A stretch of DNA of 62,144 bases, the filler included, from Acidimicrobiia bacterium (lineage in GTDB: Bacteria > Actinomycetota > Acidimicrobiia > Spongiisociales > JAHEDJ01): assembly GCA_029210695.1 (NCBI GenBank). It is 3 parts of 3 records of this genome, joined end to end, with 100 filler letters (N's around TTAATTAATTAA, not from the genome) between each part and the next. Parts side by side here need not be neighbours in the genome. Positions count along the whole stretch, not along the records: positions 1 to 29,004 come from JARGFH010000006.1; positions 29,105 to 45,750 come from JARGFH010000072.1; 1 more part is not named here. One strand, written 5' to 3'. Positions 26,720-35,470 of the stretch are shown here, in pieces. Numbering within the stretch: position 1 is the stretch's first letter; every line of letters begins with the position of its first letter. Position numbers and translations under genes: made by a program. The notes beneath the pieces were generated by a model, which saw nothing but the letters and a program-made list of their open reading frames with translations, had not been told where the DNA came from and made no database searches.

Positions 26720-28000
26720 TTGAACGGCAGAATGTTGGTTACTTCGCTGGCGTTGATCATCGTGACAACCGCCTGCACATCCGGGTCCGAGTCGACCGTC
26801 ACGACTGCTAGTGGGTTCCCGACGGGTTCAGTGGGAAGCACCGTGACGTCCGCGGCCCCGGCCGGCACCGGTATCGAAGACGGCATGATCGGCGTGGGCG
26901 TGATGGTGCCGCGCACGGGACCGGTGGCGGCGTTCGGGGAAGCCGCACTGGATGGACAGAATGCCTACTGGGCCTACGTCAACGACGTGCTCGGCGGTGT
27001 CGGTGGGCAGTTCCCCGTCGTCGTGCGGGTGTTCGACACTGCGTACGATCCGGACACAGCCGAGGACGGGTTCCGTGAACTGAGCGGAAGCGTCGTCGGA
27101 ATCAGCGGCTCGCTCGGAACCTTGATCGACGAGCGGCTCGGCCCCCTCGCTCTGAACGAGGGAATGTTGACGATGGCAGGCAGTCTCTCCTCGGAGTGGC
27201 TCGGCCATGGGGCAGTTGTGCCGAATCTCCTCCTTCCGACCGACCGAGATCAGGTGGCGGCCGGGCTCGTCTGGGCGACTGAGTCTGAGATCACCGGCCA
27301 GACCGCCATCCTCTACCAGGAGGGGAGTTACGGCGAAGACTGCGTCGGCGGCTACGACGGGGCCGTATCGGATCTCGGCCTCTCCAATGTCGGCAGAGTC
27401 GCTCACGCTCTGACGGCCACCGATTTCGGCGAAGTGGTTGGTCAACTGTCGTCGTCGGGAGCGGCAATCGTGGTGGCATGCACGACACCGGACGCGCTGG
27501 TTCGCATTCTGGCTACCGCCGGTTCCCTGGACTTCCAACCGACCTGGCTCGTGTCTCCGCAATCGTTCGACTCGAGTGTGCCCTCAGCCCTGGGAGGGGA
27601 TGCCGGGCTGGACGCCGGTCTGGCCGCACTCGAGCGAACCTGGGTGCTGGGGGCCCGACCACCGGCCGATTCGCCGGCCGGCCAACTGCTCGATGATGTG
27701 TTCGGCGACACCGCGGCGGCGAGCTGGTACACCCTGCTCGGGTACAGCCAGGCGGCAACTTTCCATCTCATTCTCGAGGAGGCGCTCGAAGCCTCTGATC
27801 TCACGCGTCCCGGCCTCCGCGCCGCCACAGGCCGACTGGACGGGATCGATCTCGGCCTCGACGGTCCTTTGTCCTCGCTCGTCGGGCCGGTCCCTGTTTC
27901 GGCTGCGGCAGTTGGGGCGATCACGGCCGATTCGTACGGCCTGCCGTTCGGGGTCCCGGCGAGCGAAGAGTACGTGGCCTCACCCTTCCTCGATCCCTAA
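26720..28000 (+). CDS. ABC-type substrate-binding lipoprotein (PBP type 1), orphan paralogue
   Basis: Lipobox VTTAC; IGVGVMVPRTGPVA, DTAYDP; start is TTG 26720 or ATG 26732. Confidence 0.75.
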   Translation: MNGRMLVTSLALIIVTTACTSGSESTVTTASGFPTGSVGSTVTSAAPAGTGIEDGMIGVGVMVPRTGPVAAFGEAALDGQNAYWAYVNDVLGGVGGQFPVVVRVFDTAYDPDTAEDGFRELSGSVVGISGSLGTLIDERLGPLALNEGMLTMAGSLSSEWLGHGAVVPNLLLPTDRDQVAAGLVWATESEITGQTAILYQEGSYGEDCVGGYDGAVSDLGLSNVGRVAHALTATDFGEVVGQLSSSGAAIVVACTTPDALVRILATAGSLDFQPTWLVSPQSFDSSVPSALGGDAGLDAGLAALERTWVLGARPPADSPAGQLLDDVFGDTAAASWYTLLGYSQAATFHLILEEALEASDLTRPGLRAATGRLDGIDLGLDGPLSSLVGPVPVSAAAVGAITADSYGLPFGVPASEEYVASPFLDP

Positions 28001-28063
28001 AACCCCGTTCTCGCGCGTGATTCGCTCCCTATACGGTGGGAATCCCGCGCGAAAACGGGGTTT
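28000..28063. repeat. Long imperfect intergenic hairpin
   Basis: AAACCCCGTTCTCGCGCG...CGCGCGAAAACGGGGTTT. Confidence 0.65.
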
Positions 28064-28072
28064 GTGGATCCC

Positions 28073-28100
28073 TCAAGGAGGTCGTTGAGGGGGCCGATGG
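28073..28100 (+). promoter_or_regulatory. Sigma-28 (FliA/WhiG)-like promoter, sortase
   Basis: TCAAG-N15-GCCGATGG, 6 nt before ATG 28107. Confidence 0.7.
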
Positions 28101-28106
28101 GTTCGT

Positions 28107-28652
28107 ATGCGCCGGCTCGTCATCGTCCTTGTCGCCCTCTTCGCTTCCGTGGTGACCTCGATCCCTGCCCCCGCCGCCGCGGAGAACACGGCTCTCCTAC
28201 AGGAACGGGCGGCGGTCGATTCGTTCACTCAGAGCCTCGGTGTCCACGTCGGGCGCCTCGAGGTTCCGGCGATCGGCCTCGACGAAGTGATCAGAGAAGG
28301 CGTCGACCTATCAGTCATCGACAAGGGCGTCGCTCATTGGTCCGGGACGGCCGGCCCCGGCGCGCCGGGCAACATGGTGCTCGCCGGTCATCGGACCACC
28401 CACAGCGCCCCCTTCTACGACCTCGACGAATTGGTGGAGGGCGACATCGTCTATGTGACCGGGATGGACGGCCGGGTTGCCACATATGAGATCGTCGAGT
28501 CGATGATCGTCACTCCAACCGATACCTGGATCGTTGACCAAACAGACACTCCAATGGTGACTTTGTTCGCCTGTCATCCGAAAGGCTCGGCCACCCACCG
28601 GATCGTGATCAGGGCCGAGCTGCGGGAACAACCGGTGGTGCAGTTCCCGTAG
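28107..28652 (+). CDS. Sortase (class E-like)
   Basis: GRLEVPAIGL, GNMVLAGHRTT (His), TLFACHP (Cys), HRIVIRA (Arg). Confidence 0.92.
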   Translation: MRRLVIVLVALFASVVTSIPAPAAAENTALLQERAAVDSFTQSLGVHVGRLEVPAIGLDEVIREGVDLSVIDKGVAHWSGTAGPGAPGNMVLAGHRTTHSAPFYDLDELVEGDIVYVTGMDGRVATYEIVESMIVTPTDTWIVDQTDTPMVTLFACHPKGSATHRIVIRAELREQPVVQFP

Positions 28653-28671
28653 CGATGAGGTTCGGAAGGCG

Positions 28672-28699
28672 TCAAGGGGCCGGCCGGGCCTGCCGAAGT
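28672..28699 (+). promoter_or_regulatory. Sigma-28-like promoter, next lipoprotein gene
   Basis: TCAAG-N15-GCCGAAGT, 6 nt before ATG 28706. Confidence 0.7.
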
Positions 28700-28705
28700 A
28701 CTGAT

Positions 28706-29004
28706 ATGGCGTCGAGATACATCGCTTGCTTTGTTGTGCTCTTGTTGATGGCGACTGCATGCGGTGCCGGAACCTCACCGTCGTCCAGGCAGACAGAGCA
28801 GATCTCATTGACCACCCCTACCGGGGGGCCGAGCCGGGCACCGGCACCGGTGGAGGTCAACGGATTGTCACTGGTGGCCAGCGCCGATGCATCGGGTTTC
28901 ACTCTGCTGACCGAGGGTGGAGAGATTCCGTTTCTCACCGGAGTCAATGTTGGGTCGTCCATTCCCGGTCGCCTCCCGGCAGAGCTGAAGGTTGACGCAG
29001 AGAC
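28706..29004 (+). CDS. Lipoprotein, partial (cut by contig end); possible glycoside-hydrolase-like domain
   Basis: Lipobox MATAC; FLTGVNVGSSIPG resembles the start of a TIM-barrel glycosidase. Confidence 0.55.
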
Positions 29005-29104
29005 NNNNNNNNNNNNNNNNNNNNNNNNNNNNNNNNNNNNNNNNNNNNTTAATTAATTAANNNNNNNNNNNNNNNNNNNNNNNNNNNNNNNNNNNNNNNN
29101 NNNN
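29005..29104. other. Artificial contig linker
   Basis: 44 N + TTAATTAATTAA (stops in all six frames) + 44 N. Confidence 0.98.
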
Positions 29105-29226
29105 ACCGCCTGGGCCCACCGCCAGACAACACGAGACAAAGCCGCCGCTTGACAAGATACAACCCTGGGGTGTCTAGCCGGGATCTGAGACCCGAGAACG
29201 CGGGCACCACGAAGCAGGCCAACGAG

Positions 29227-29257
29227 AAGCGGGGCTGCCGTCCGGCAGCCCCGCTTT
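29227..29257. terminator. Terminator hairpin downstream of cytochrome gene
   Basis: AAGCGGGGCTGCCG TC CGGCAGCCCCGCTTT. Confidence 0.75.
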
Positions 29258-29284
29258 GGTATTGCTTCGGTTTCGCTTCGGGAA

Positions 29285-30340
29285 CTATCCGCCCAGGGTG
29301 GCGATTCCTTCTTCGAGCAGCAGCTTGGTGTATCCAGGGTTGTGGACACCCAGGCTCTTGTCTTCGTGGGCGACATAGATCCAGTTCCACAGTGCGGCGG
29401 CTTCCCCCGCTGGGATGGCCGCGACCGTCGGATGCCCTTCATCGTCGAGCCAGCCCTTGGCGATCAGGGCTGCTTCGAGAGTGTCGAGCAACTCTTGCAC
29501 CTCGGTCTGGACGCCGTTGATATCGAAGTTCTCGGCACCGGAGTGGCATTCCTGGCAGACCGCAACGTCCGGCTCGAAGCCGTGGTTGGCGCTGTCGCCA
29601 ACGTGGCAGGTCACGCAGGTGTCGGCCACCAGGGTGGCGTGCCCGGCGGCGCTTCCCACGAGCGTCAGCCCATCGGAGTCCGCTCCGGCAAGACCAAGCA
29701 ACATTGCGCTCTGTGGCCCGTGGTGGGGTCCCCAGTGCGTGCTGGTTACTTCGATCATCCCGTCGACTGCTTCGTCGATCTGGCGACGCGGCTGGTGGCA
29801 GTTGACACACAAGTTGCCCTGACCACCGTCAAACGTGACACCTTCAAAGGCATAGAGTTCAATGGGATCCGTCGTCCTCAGCGCCCAGTCGGCACCCGTG
29901 TAGCTGGTGTGGATCTCGTGGCAGGTGCGGCAATCCTGACGGGTCGGGTTGGCGTCGCCAACCTCAACCGTTGAAGGATTCTGGCCCGCCGCCACCATGG
30001 CGATGAAAGCTCCACCGGAGTGACATCCGGCGCAGCTGGCGCTGGTGCCGCGCACGTACGCCTCACCGGTTCCGTGCAGTGAGTCTGCCCAGGCAGTCTG
30101 CTTGCCGGTGAGCAACGTGGTGTCGTTGTGGCACTCCGTACAGGTCAAATCGGTCGCACTGGCCGCGGTACCATCGGCGCCGTCGGCACCGGCAGGACCG
30201 GCAGGACCAGCAGGACCGGCAGGACCAGCAGGACCGGCTTCACCGGCTGCACCAGCACAGGCGGCCAGGATCATGCCCATCACGAGCACAATCACGGTCA
30301 ATCTCGGGCTTATTGCGGGATACCCGCTTGTTAGGCGCAT
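29285..30340 (-). CDS. Hexaheme c-type cytochrome lipoprotein with collagen-like linker
   Basis: Lipobox ILAAC; GPA repeats; six CxxCH motifs (CTECH, CAGCH, CRTCH, CVNCH, CVTCH, CQECH); C-terminal EDKSLGVHNPGY. Confidence 0.92.
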   Translation of the reverse strand: MRLTSGYPAISPRLTVIVLVMGMILAACAGAAGEAGPAGPAGPAGPAGPAGADGADGTAASATDLTCTECHNDTTLLTGKQTAWADSLHGTGEAYVRGTSASCAGCHSGGAFIAMVAAGQNPSTVEVGDANPTRQDCRTCHEIHTSYTGADWALRTTDPIELYAFEGVTFDGGQGNLCVNCHQPRRQIDEAVDGMIEVTSTHWGPHHGPQSAMLLGLAGADSDGLTLVGSAAGHATLVADTCVTCHVGDSANHGFEPDVAVCQECHSGAENFDINGVQTEVQELLDTLEAALIAKGWLDDEGHPTVAAIPAGEAAALWNWIYVAHEDKSLGVHNPGYTKLLLEEGIATLGG

Positions 30341-30649
30341 TTGTATCTTCTCCCCTGCGCGTCATATATCCGAAGTCATCATTGATTCTCGACTATGACC
30401 GCGCTCGCCGCGTAGGGCCATTCGACCCTTTGTCGGAAAAGGAAGAAACCACCTCTGACATGCGGTTTTGTGAATATTCATGGGTCCGGCCGCCAGTACC
30501 TGGAAGGCCGGCGAAGGGGCAGGTCGACACCATGTCGGAGAAACCCCAGCAAGCACCCCATTTCTGCCGCAGGCGTGAAACCGGTCATCGCCTGACGAAC
30601 GACGCTGGAAGCATGAACCGGCCGCCACCGGATCTGCGATGATCGAAGG

Positions 30650-31792
30650 ATGCTGACTCGCACGATCTTCACCGAAGAGCACGACCTCTACCGATCTGCC
30701 GCCAGGGAATTCTTCGAGAAAGAGGTAGCGCCGTTCCACGACGCCTGGGAAGAGGCCGGTGTCGTACCGCGAGCGCTGTGGGAGAAGGCCGGCGCCCAGG
30801 GCCATCTCGCCCACTCTGTGCCCGAGGAGTTCGGAGGACCGGGGGTCAACGATTTTCGCTTCCCGGCCATCCTCATCGAGGAGCAGACCCGGGTCCGGGC
30901 CAGCGGCCCGGGCTTCAGCGTGCACAGCGACATCGTCGTGCCGTACCTGACCGCGCTCGGCACCGACGAGCAGAAGCAGCGCTGGCTGCCCTCCATGGTG
31001 GCCGGAACCACCATCGGGGCCATCGCCATGACGGAGCCGGGCACCGGCAGCGACCTGGCCGCCATCCGCACCAGGGCGGTCAAGGAGGGTGACGGCTATC
31101 TCCTGAACGGGGCGAAGACGTTCATCACCAACGGCCAGCTGGCCGATCTGGTGATCGTGGTGGCCCGCACGTCGGACGACCCGCATCGCGGGCTCAGTCT
31201 GCTGGTGGTCGAGCGCGCTATGGACGGCTTAGAGCGGGGTCGCAACCTCGACAAGCTCGGCCTCAAGGCCCAGGACACCTCCGAGCTCTTCTTCAGCGAC
31301 GTCCGGGTGCCGGCCGGCAATCTGCTGGGAATGGAAGGATCGGCCTTCTTCTCCCTCGTGCAGAATCTGCCGCAGGAGCGGCTGGTCATCGCCGTCATGG
31401 CTGCCGCTGCGGTGCGCCGGGCGTTCGAAGTGACCATGGACTACGTCAAGGAACGGACCGCCTTCGGCCGGCCGATCGGGACGTTCCAGCACAACCGGTT
31501 CACGATGGCCGAGATCGCCACGGAAGCCGAGATCGCCCAGGTATTCGTCGACCGCTGCATCACCGAACTCAACGCCGGTACCCTCTCGCCGGATGTGGCG
31601 GCAATGGCGAAGTGGTGGACCACAGAACTCCAGGTCAAGGTGATGGATCGCTGCCTGCAGCTCCACGGCGGCTACGGCTACATGAAGGAGTATCCGATCT
31701 CCGGGATGTTCGCAGACAGCCGGGTGCAAACGATCTACGGCGGAACCACCGAGATCATGAAAGAGCTCATCGGCCGCTCGCTGGGTTTGTAG
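30650..31792 (+). CDS. Acyl-CoA dehydrogenase (LCAD-like)
   Basis: AIAMTEPGTGSDL, NGAKTFITNG, QDTSELFF, QLHGGYGYM, IYGGTTEIMK. Confidence 0.95.
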   Translation: MLTRTIFTEEHDLYRSAAREFFEKEVAPFHDAWEEAGVVPRALWEKAGAQGHLAHSVPEEFGGPGVNDFRFPAILIEEQTRVRASGPGFSVHSDIVVPYLTALGTDEQKQRWLPSMVAGTTIGAIAMTEPGTGSDLAAIRTRAVKEGDGYLLNGAKTFITNGQLADLVIVVARTSDDPHRGLSLLVVERAMDGLERGRNLDKLGLKAQDTSELFFSDVRVPAGNLLGMEGSAFFSLVQNLPQERLVIAVMAAAAVRRAFEVTMDYVKERTAFGRPIGTFQHNRFTMAEIATEAEIAQVFVDRCITELNAGTLSPDVAAMAKWWTTELQVKVMDRCLQLHGGYGYMKEYPISGMFADSRVQTIYGGTTEIMKELIGRSLGL

Positions 31793-31894
31793 GTCCCGGC
31801 CGGACGGCAGGTGAATCGACGCTCCGCAGCCGGCTTTGGCGGTAGTTTGGCGGCCCACCGGACTATGAGACCATCGAGGATGGAGGAGCTCATC

Positions 31895-34654
31895 GTGAAA
31901 TCGAACCGCGTCGTGATCTGTTTGGTGCTGGCTCTGGCGGCGTCTGCCTGCACCGGCGGATCCCAGTCGTCACCAACTACGGTCGACCGCGGTACACCCG
32001 CCGGCACCTCCGTCGACAATCCTCCGCAGACAGGTGAGGACCCCCCGCCGGACCCCGAAGGCTCTGGGGGCGAGATCCCCGTGCTCCCCATCCTGAGCTC
32101 TACAACAGAGTTGGCAGAGTCGGGAAACAGCGTGGCCGTCACCGGCGATGCCCGTCTGAATGGCGACGTCTTCCTCATCGGCCCGGATGGCGATCTGTCG
32201 ACGGCCCGGATGGAGGCGGGGTCGGCCTCGCTTGCGATTCCGGCCGGATCGAATCCCGGGCGATACGGAATGCGTCTTGGTGACGGGGAGGCCTGGGGGT
32301 CGATAACCGTTATGGATGCTCCCGGCCTGGCCGTGCTGGGTGCAGGGTACGTGCGGCCGGGCGAGTCTCCCGAGATCGAGGTACTCGTCCACGGGATCGA
32401 CACCGGCATGGTGGCTGCCATCGAACTCCGGTCGGGTGATGGCTCGGTGCAGCGGCTCATCCCACACTTGCTGCTGGGGCTGGCTCCGGTGCCGGCGGGA
32501 TCCGGGGCAACCGGACTGGCCGAGGGACGACATGTTCTCAGCCTTCCCGCCGGGTTCGAGGGGTCGGTGCGGGTAGTGGCCGATCGCCCGGACATCCTGG
32601 CCGATCAGTACGCCGAGGAGGAGCCCCGGGTGGCGTCCGGCGACCTCCGCATACGGAGCTGCGACGAGCCGAGCGGAATCACCGGTGACCTCGGCGTCCC
32701 GGGCGTGGTGACCGTCCACACCGCCGGATCTCCATACCCGCTGAGAACTCGCACCGACGACGGCCGTTTCCAGCTCGACCTTCTACCCGGTTCGGCCTTC
32801 ATCTCGGCGATCCTCGACGACGGCACCGTCCCGGCCGGCTCGCCCCAGCTGGTCAAAGCGGCGTGCGGCGCCTACGTCGACGTCTCCGACCTCACAGCTG
32901 CGGTGGATTCAGGACCCGACACCGGCGACTATCTCGGCGGCCTTACGGCCGACGACTTGTGGACATACTCGACGACGGCCACCGGTGACCTCTCTTTCGA
33001 GCAGGAGGGGTACACCGACTGCTCGGTATCGGACGGGGCGCTCGAGGTCACCTTCGGTGCCAGTTCGGCCGATCCGTGGTACTACACCCTGACGCTCGGT
33101 CCGCCGGTCGACACGGGGCTGCACGAAGGTGCGCTGCTACTCAACGACATCTTCGCCGACGACGTATCCGAAGGAACTGTGTCGGGTGAAATCGAGGTGG
33201 GTCGCATCGACGGACTAGATGCTATCGGAGGGGCGTTCACAGGCACTATCGAAGGTTCGCTGGGCACCATCAACCTCGACATTCAGTTCACTTGCGCGGT
33301 GTTCTCGCTCACCGGGGCGCTGCCCATCCCGCCCATGATGGCCACATCGGGAGGCCTGCTCTCGGCTCCGATCCACGTGGCGGCCGGCGCCATGCAGGTC
33401 GGTGGAGGAATCCGGTCCGGGGAGGAGTGTCAGAAACTCTTCATCAACAGTCCGGTAGGAGAAGACGTAGGGAACATTGAGCTTCTCATGGGGCATTGGG
33501 CGACAATGCTCATGCCTGAACTACCGCGGCTGGGAATCATCACCGCCGATGACATCCGGGTCATGATGGACCTGGAAGCAGCCCGACAGCTCTTCGGCTC
33601 CGATGAGGATTTGTCGATCGACATAGGCGGAGCTCTGGGCACTGAGTTTCTGCTGGAACTAGACAACGTTCAGGCTGGCGAGTCCTGGTTCTTCACTGCC
33701 ACCCTGTACGACATAGAAAACGGCCGCCGTCTGGCCGGCCTGGAAGCGACTGGAGAATCCGCCGGCGCCGCAGCCCAAGCAGCCGTCGACCGATGGTCCG
33801 AGATGGTCGAGCCGCTGGCCAAGGCCGGCATCTGCGCCGAGTTCGACCCAGAACGGGCCGTGGTCGACGTCGGCGCTTCTCAGGACTTCACGATTGAGAT
33901 CACCGATCTAGCCGGCGGGCCGGCCGAGTCACCTGAAGTTATCGAGGTCAAGAACGAGTGCGGAACCTGGGAACCGCCCACCGGTCAGGTTGAGGGGACC
34001 ATCTGGGCCACAACTTTCACCGCAGGAGACAAGGCCTGTCGAGCAACCATCTGGGCCAAAGTGGAAGCCAAGGGCACGGTCGGCACAGTGAAGGCATCCG
34101 CGGAGACGTCGATCGCCACTGAGGCCATGTGGCAGTTCGCGACCACCATCACGTTCGACGACGGCCACAGCCTCGTCACGGCCGAATCCTCCGGCGAATT
34201 CTTCGTCGAGCCCGATTTCGATGCGTTGATCGGAGCAGGCACGGGGAGGGTCGAGGGGGGCGGCGAGGCGCGCTGCGAGGTGAACGACGCCGTCTATTGG
34301 CCGCCGTATTCTGTGCTAGCCGACTATCAGGTGATGGTCACCGGAGCAGTGACCGAGCGTCCCAACATCAACGCCCCGTGGACGGTGGAGTTCGCTCCGG
34401 TCGGGTTCGACCTGAGCGTCCAGACGACCTATCCCAGCTCATATCCGTGCGTCGAGGCTGGCACCTACACGGATGACTTTCTTGGATCCACCGCCGTGGC
34501 TGCGTTGGTGTGGTTGCCGCACTGGATGGCTAGCCAGCCGAACGGGTTCGTCACCCACATGAACCCCACTGGTGATGGGATCGGTTTCGAGGAGCAGTTG
34601 ATCGGGATTCCCGGCGCCACCATTCGCGGGCGAATCTGGAGGCCCCAACCGTGA
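31895..34654 (+). CDS. Large multidomain surface lipoprotein (919 aa)
   Basis: GTG after GGAGGAG; lipobox AASAC; beta-rich modules with paired Cys; internal segment ITADDIRVMMDLEAARQLFG...IGGALGTEFLL resembles CsgG/TolB-N/DUF2380-type domains. Confidence 0.75.
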   Translation: MKSNRVVICLVLALAASACTGGSQSSPTTVDRGTPAGTSVDNPPQTGEDPPPDPEGSGGEIPVLPILSSTTELAESGNSVAVTGDARLNGDVFLIGPDGDLSTARMEAGSASLAIPAGSNPGRYGMRLGDGEAWGSITVMDAPGLAVLGAGYVRPGESPEIEVLVHGIDTGMVAAIELRSGDGSVQRLIPHLLLGLAPVPAGSGATGLAEGRHVLSLPAGFEGSVRVVADRPDILADQYAEEEPRVASGDLRIRSCDEPSGITGDLGVPGVVTVHTAGSPYPLRTRTDDGRFQLDLLPGSAFISAILDDGTVPAGSPQLVKAACGAYVDVSDLTAAVDSGPDTGDYLGGLTADDLWTYSTTATGDLSFEQEGYTDCSVSDGALEVTFGASSADPWYYTLTLGPPVDTGLHEGALLLNDIFADDVSEGTVSGEIEVGRIDGLDAIGGAFTGTIEGSLGTINLDIQFTCAVFSLTGALPIPPMMATSGGLLSAPIHVAAGAMQVGGGIRSGEECQKLFINSPVGEDVGNIELLMGHWATMLMPELPRLGIITADDIRVMMDLEAARQLFGSDEDLSIDIGGALGTEFLLELDNVQAGESWFFTATLYDIENGRRLAGLEATGESAGAAAQAAVDRWSEMVEPLAKAGICAEFDPERAVVDVGASQDFTIEITDLAGGPAESPEVIEVKNECGTWEPPTGQVEGTIWATTFTAGDKACRATIWAKVEAKGTVGTVKASAETSIATEAMWQFATTITFDDGHSLVTAESSGEFFVEPDFDALIGAGTGRVEGGGEARCEVNDAVYWPPYSVLADYQVMVTGAVTERPNINAPWTVEFAPVGFDLSVQTTYPSSYPCVEAGTYTDDFLGSTAVAALVWLPHWMASQPNGFVTHMNPTGDGIGFEEQLIGIPGATIRGRIWRPQP

Positions 34655-34765
34655 GCCCGACCTAGTCACCCGCCTCCCTCACTATGCACTCCGTCGCAGA
34701 CCCGGCCGGGCCGGCTACACGAGAAGGCGGCCCGGCGTGCAGATGTTCGCGCCGTCAGTGGGTGT

Positions 34766-35308
34766 CTAGGAGTTCGGAGTCCAGGTCATGACCACCTCCG
34801 AGTAGTCCCCGTACTCGGCGACCTGCACGATGGCGGTAGCTTCTTCGCCTTCGCCGATCACCATCTCATTCGAAGAGGTCATCGACATCGACTCTCCCTC
34901 GATCCAGTCCTTGTAGAAGGCGATGGCATCCGCCGCGTCGCCGGGATCGATCTCGAGGGTGACGCTGTACGACGATCCGCTTGCCATCTCGAACGATGAG
35001 ACGTTTGTCACCTCGCTCGGGTTGAAGATCGGCATCGGGAAGTCGTCCGGGACTTGGGTGCCGCCCATCTGAATAGTGATGTCCTCGCCGGATTCGTCGG
35101 TGCCGATGATCGAGACGCCTTCATCGTCGCCGGTGACCGTCATGGTCGCATCGCCGTCGTCGGACTGGAAGACGATCGAATCGTCGCTGATCTCGATGTC
35201 GCCGCCGGATTCGCTCTCCACGATCCGTTCGGTGAGATTCTCAGCCGCGTTGCCACACGCTGAGAGCATCAGGGCCGCCGAGGCGATAGCAATCACGATT
35301 CTGCGCAT
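34766..35308 (-). CDS. Acidic hypothetical lipoprotein
   Basis: MRRIVIAIASAALMLSAC lipobox; AGGAG RBS; VPDDFPMP motif. Confidence 0.75.
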   Translation of the reverse strand: MRRIVIAIASAALMLSACGNAAENLTERIVESESGGDIEISDDSIVFQSDDGDATMTVTGDDEGVSIIGTDESGEDITIQMGGTQVPDDFPMPIFNPSEVTNVSSFEMASGSSYSVTLEIDPGDAADAIAFYKDWIEGESMSMTSSNEMVIGEGEEATAIVQVAEYGDYSEVVMTWTPNS

Positions 35309-35470
35309 CTTGCGTCTCCTTCTAGGGATGTCACCCACAGTGTCCGACGGAGCACCAAAGCGCCACCAAAGTTCATTACCAGGCCAGCGGACGGATGCTA
35401 TCCGATCCAGTCCCCCAGAGTGAGGAAAGAGGCTGAAGATGTCGGCCGCATCGGCATTCTCCAGAACCGT

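Noticed and set aside
29005..29104. TTAATTAATTAA palindrome within N runs (also 45751-45850)
   Set aside because: Artificial six-frame-stop contig linker, not biology; ORFs running into it are artefacts.
29285..30340. NrfA ammonia-forming nitrite reductase
   Set aside because: No CxxCK active-site heme motif, six rather than five hemes, and no nrfH neighbour.
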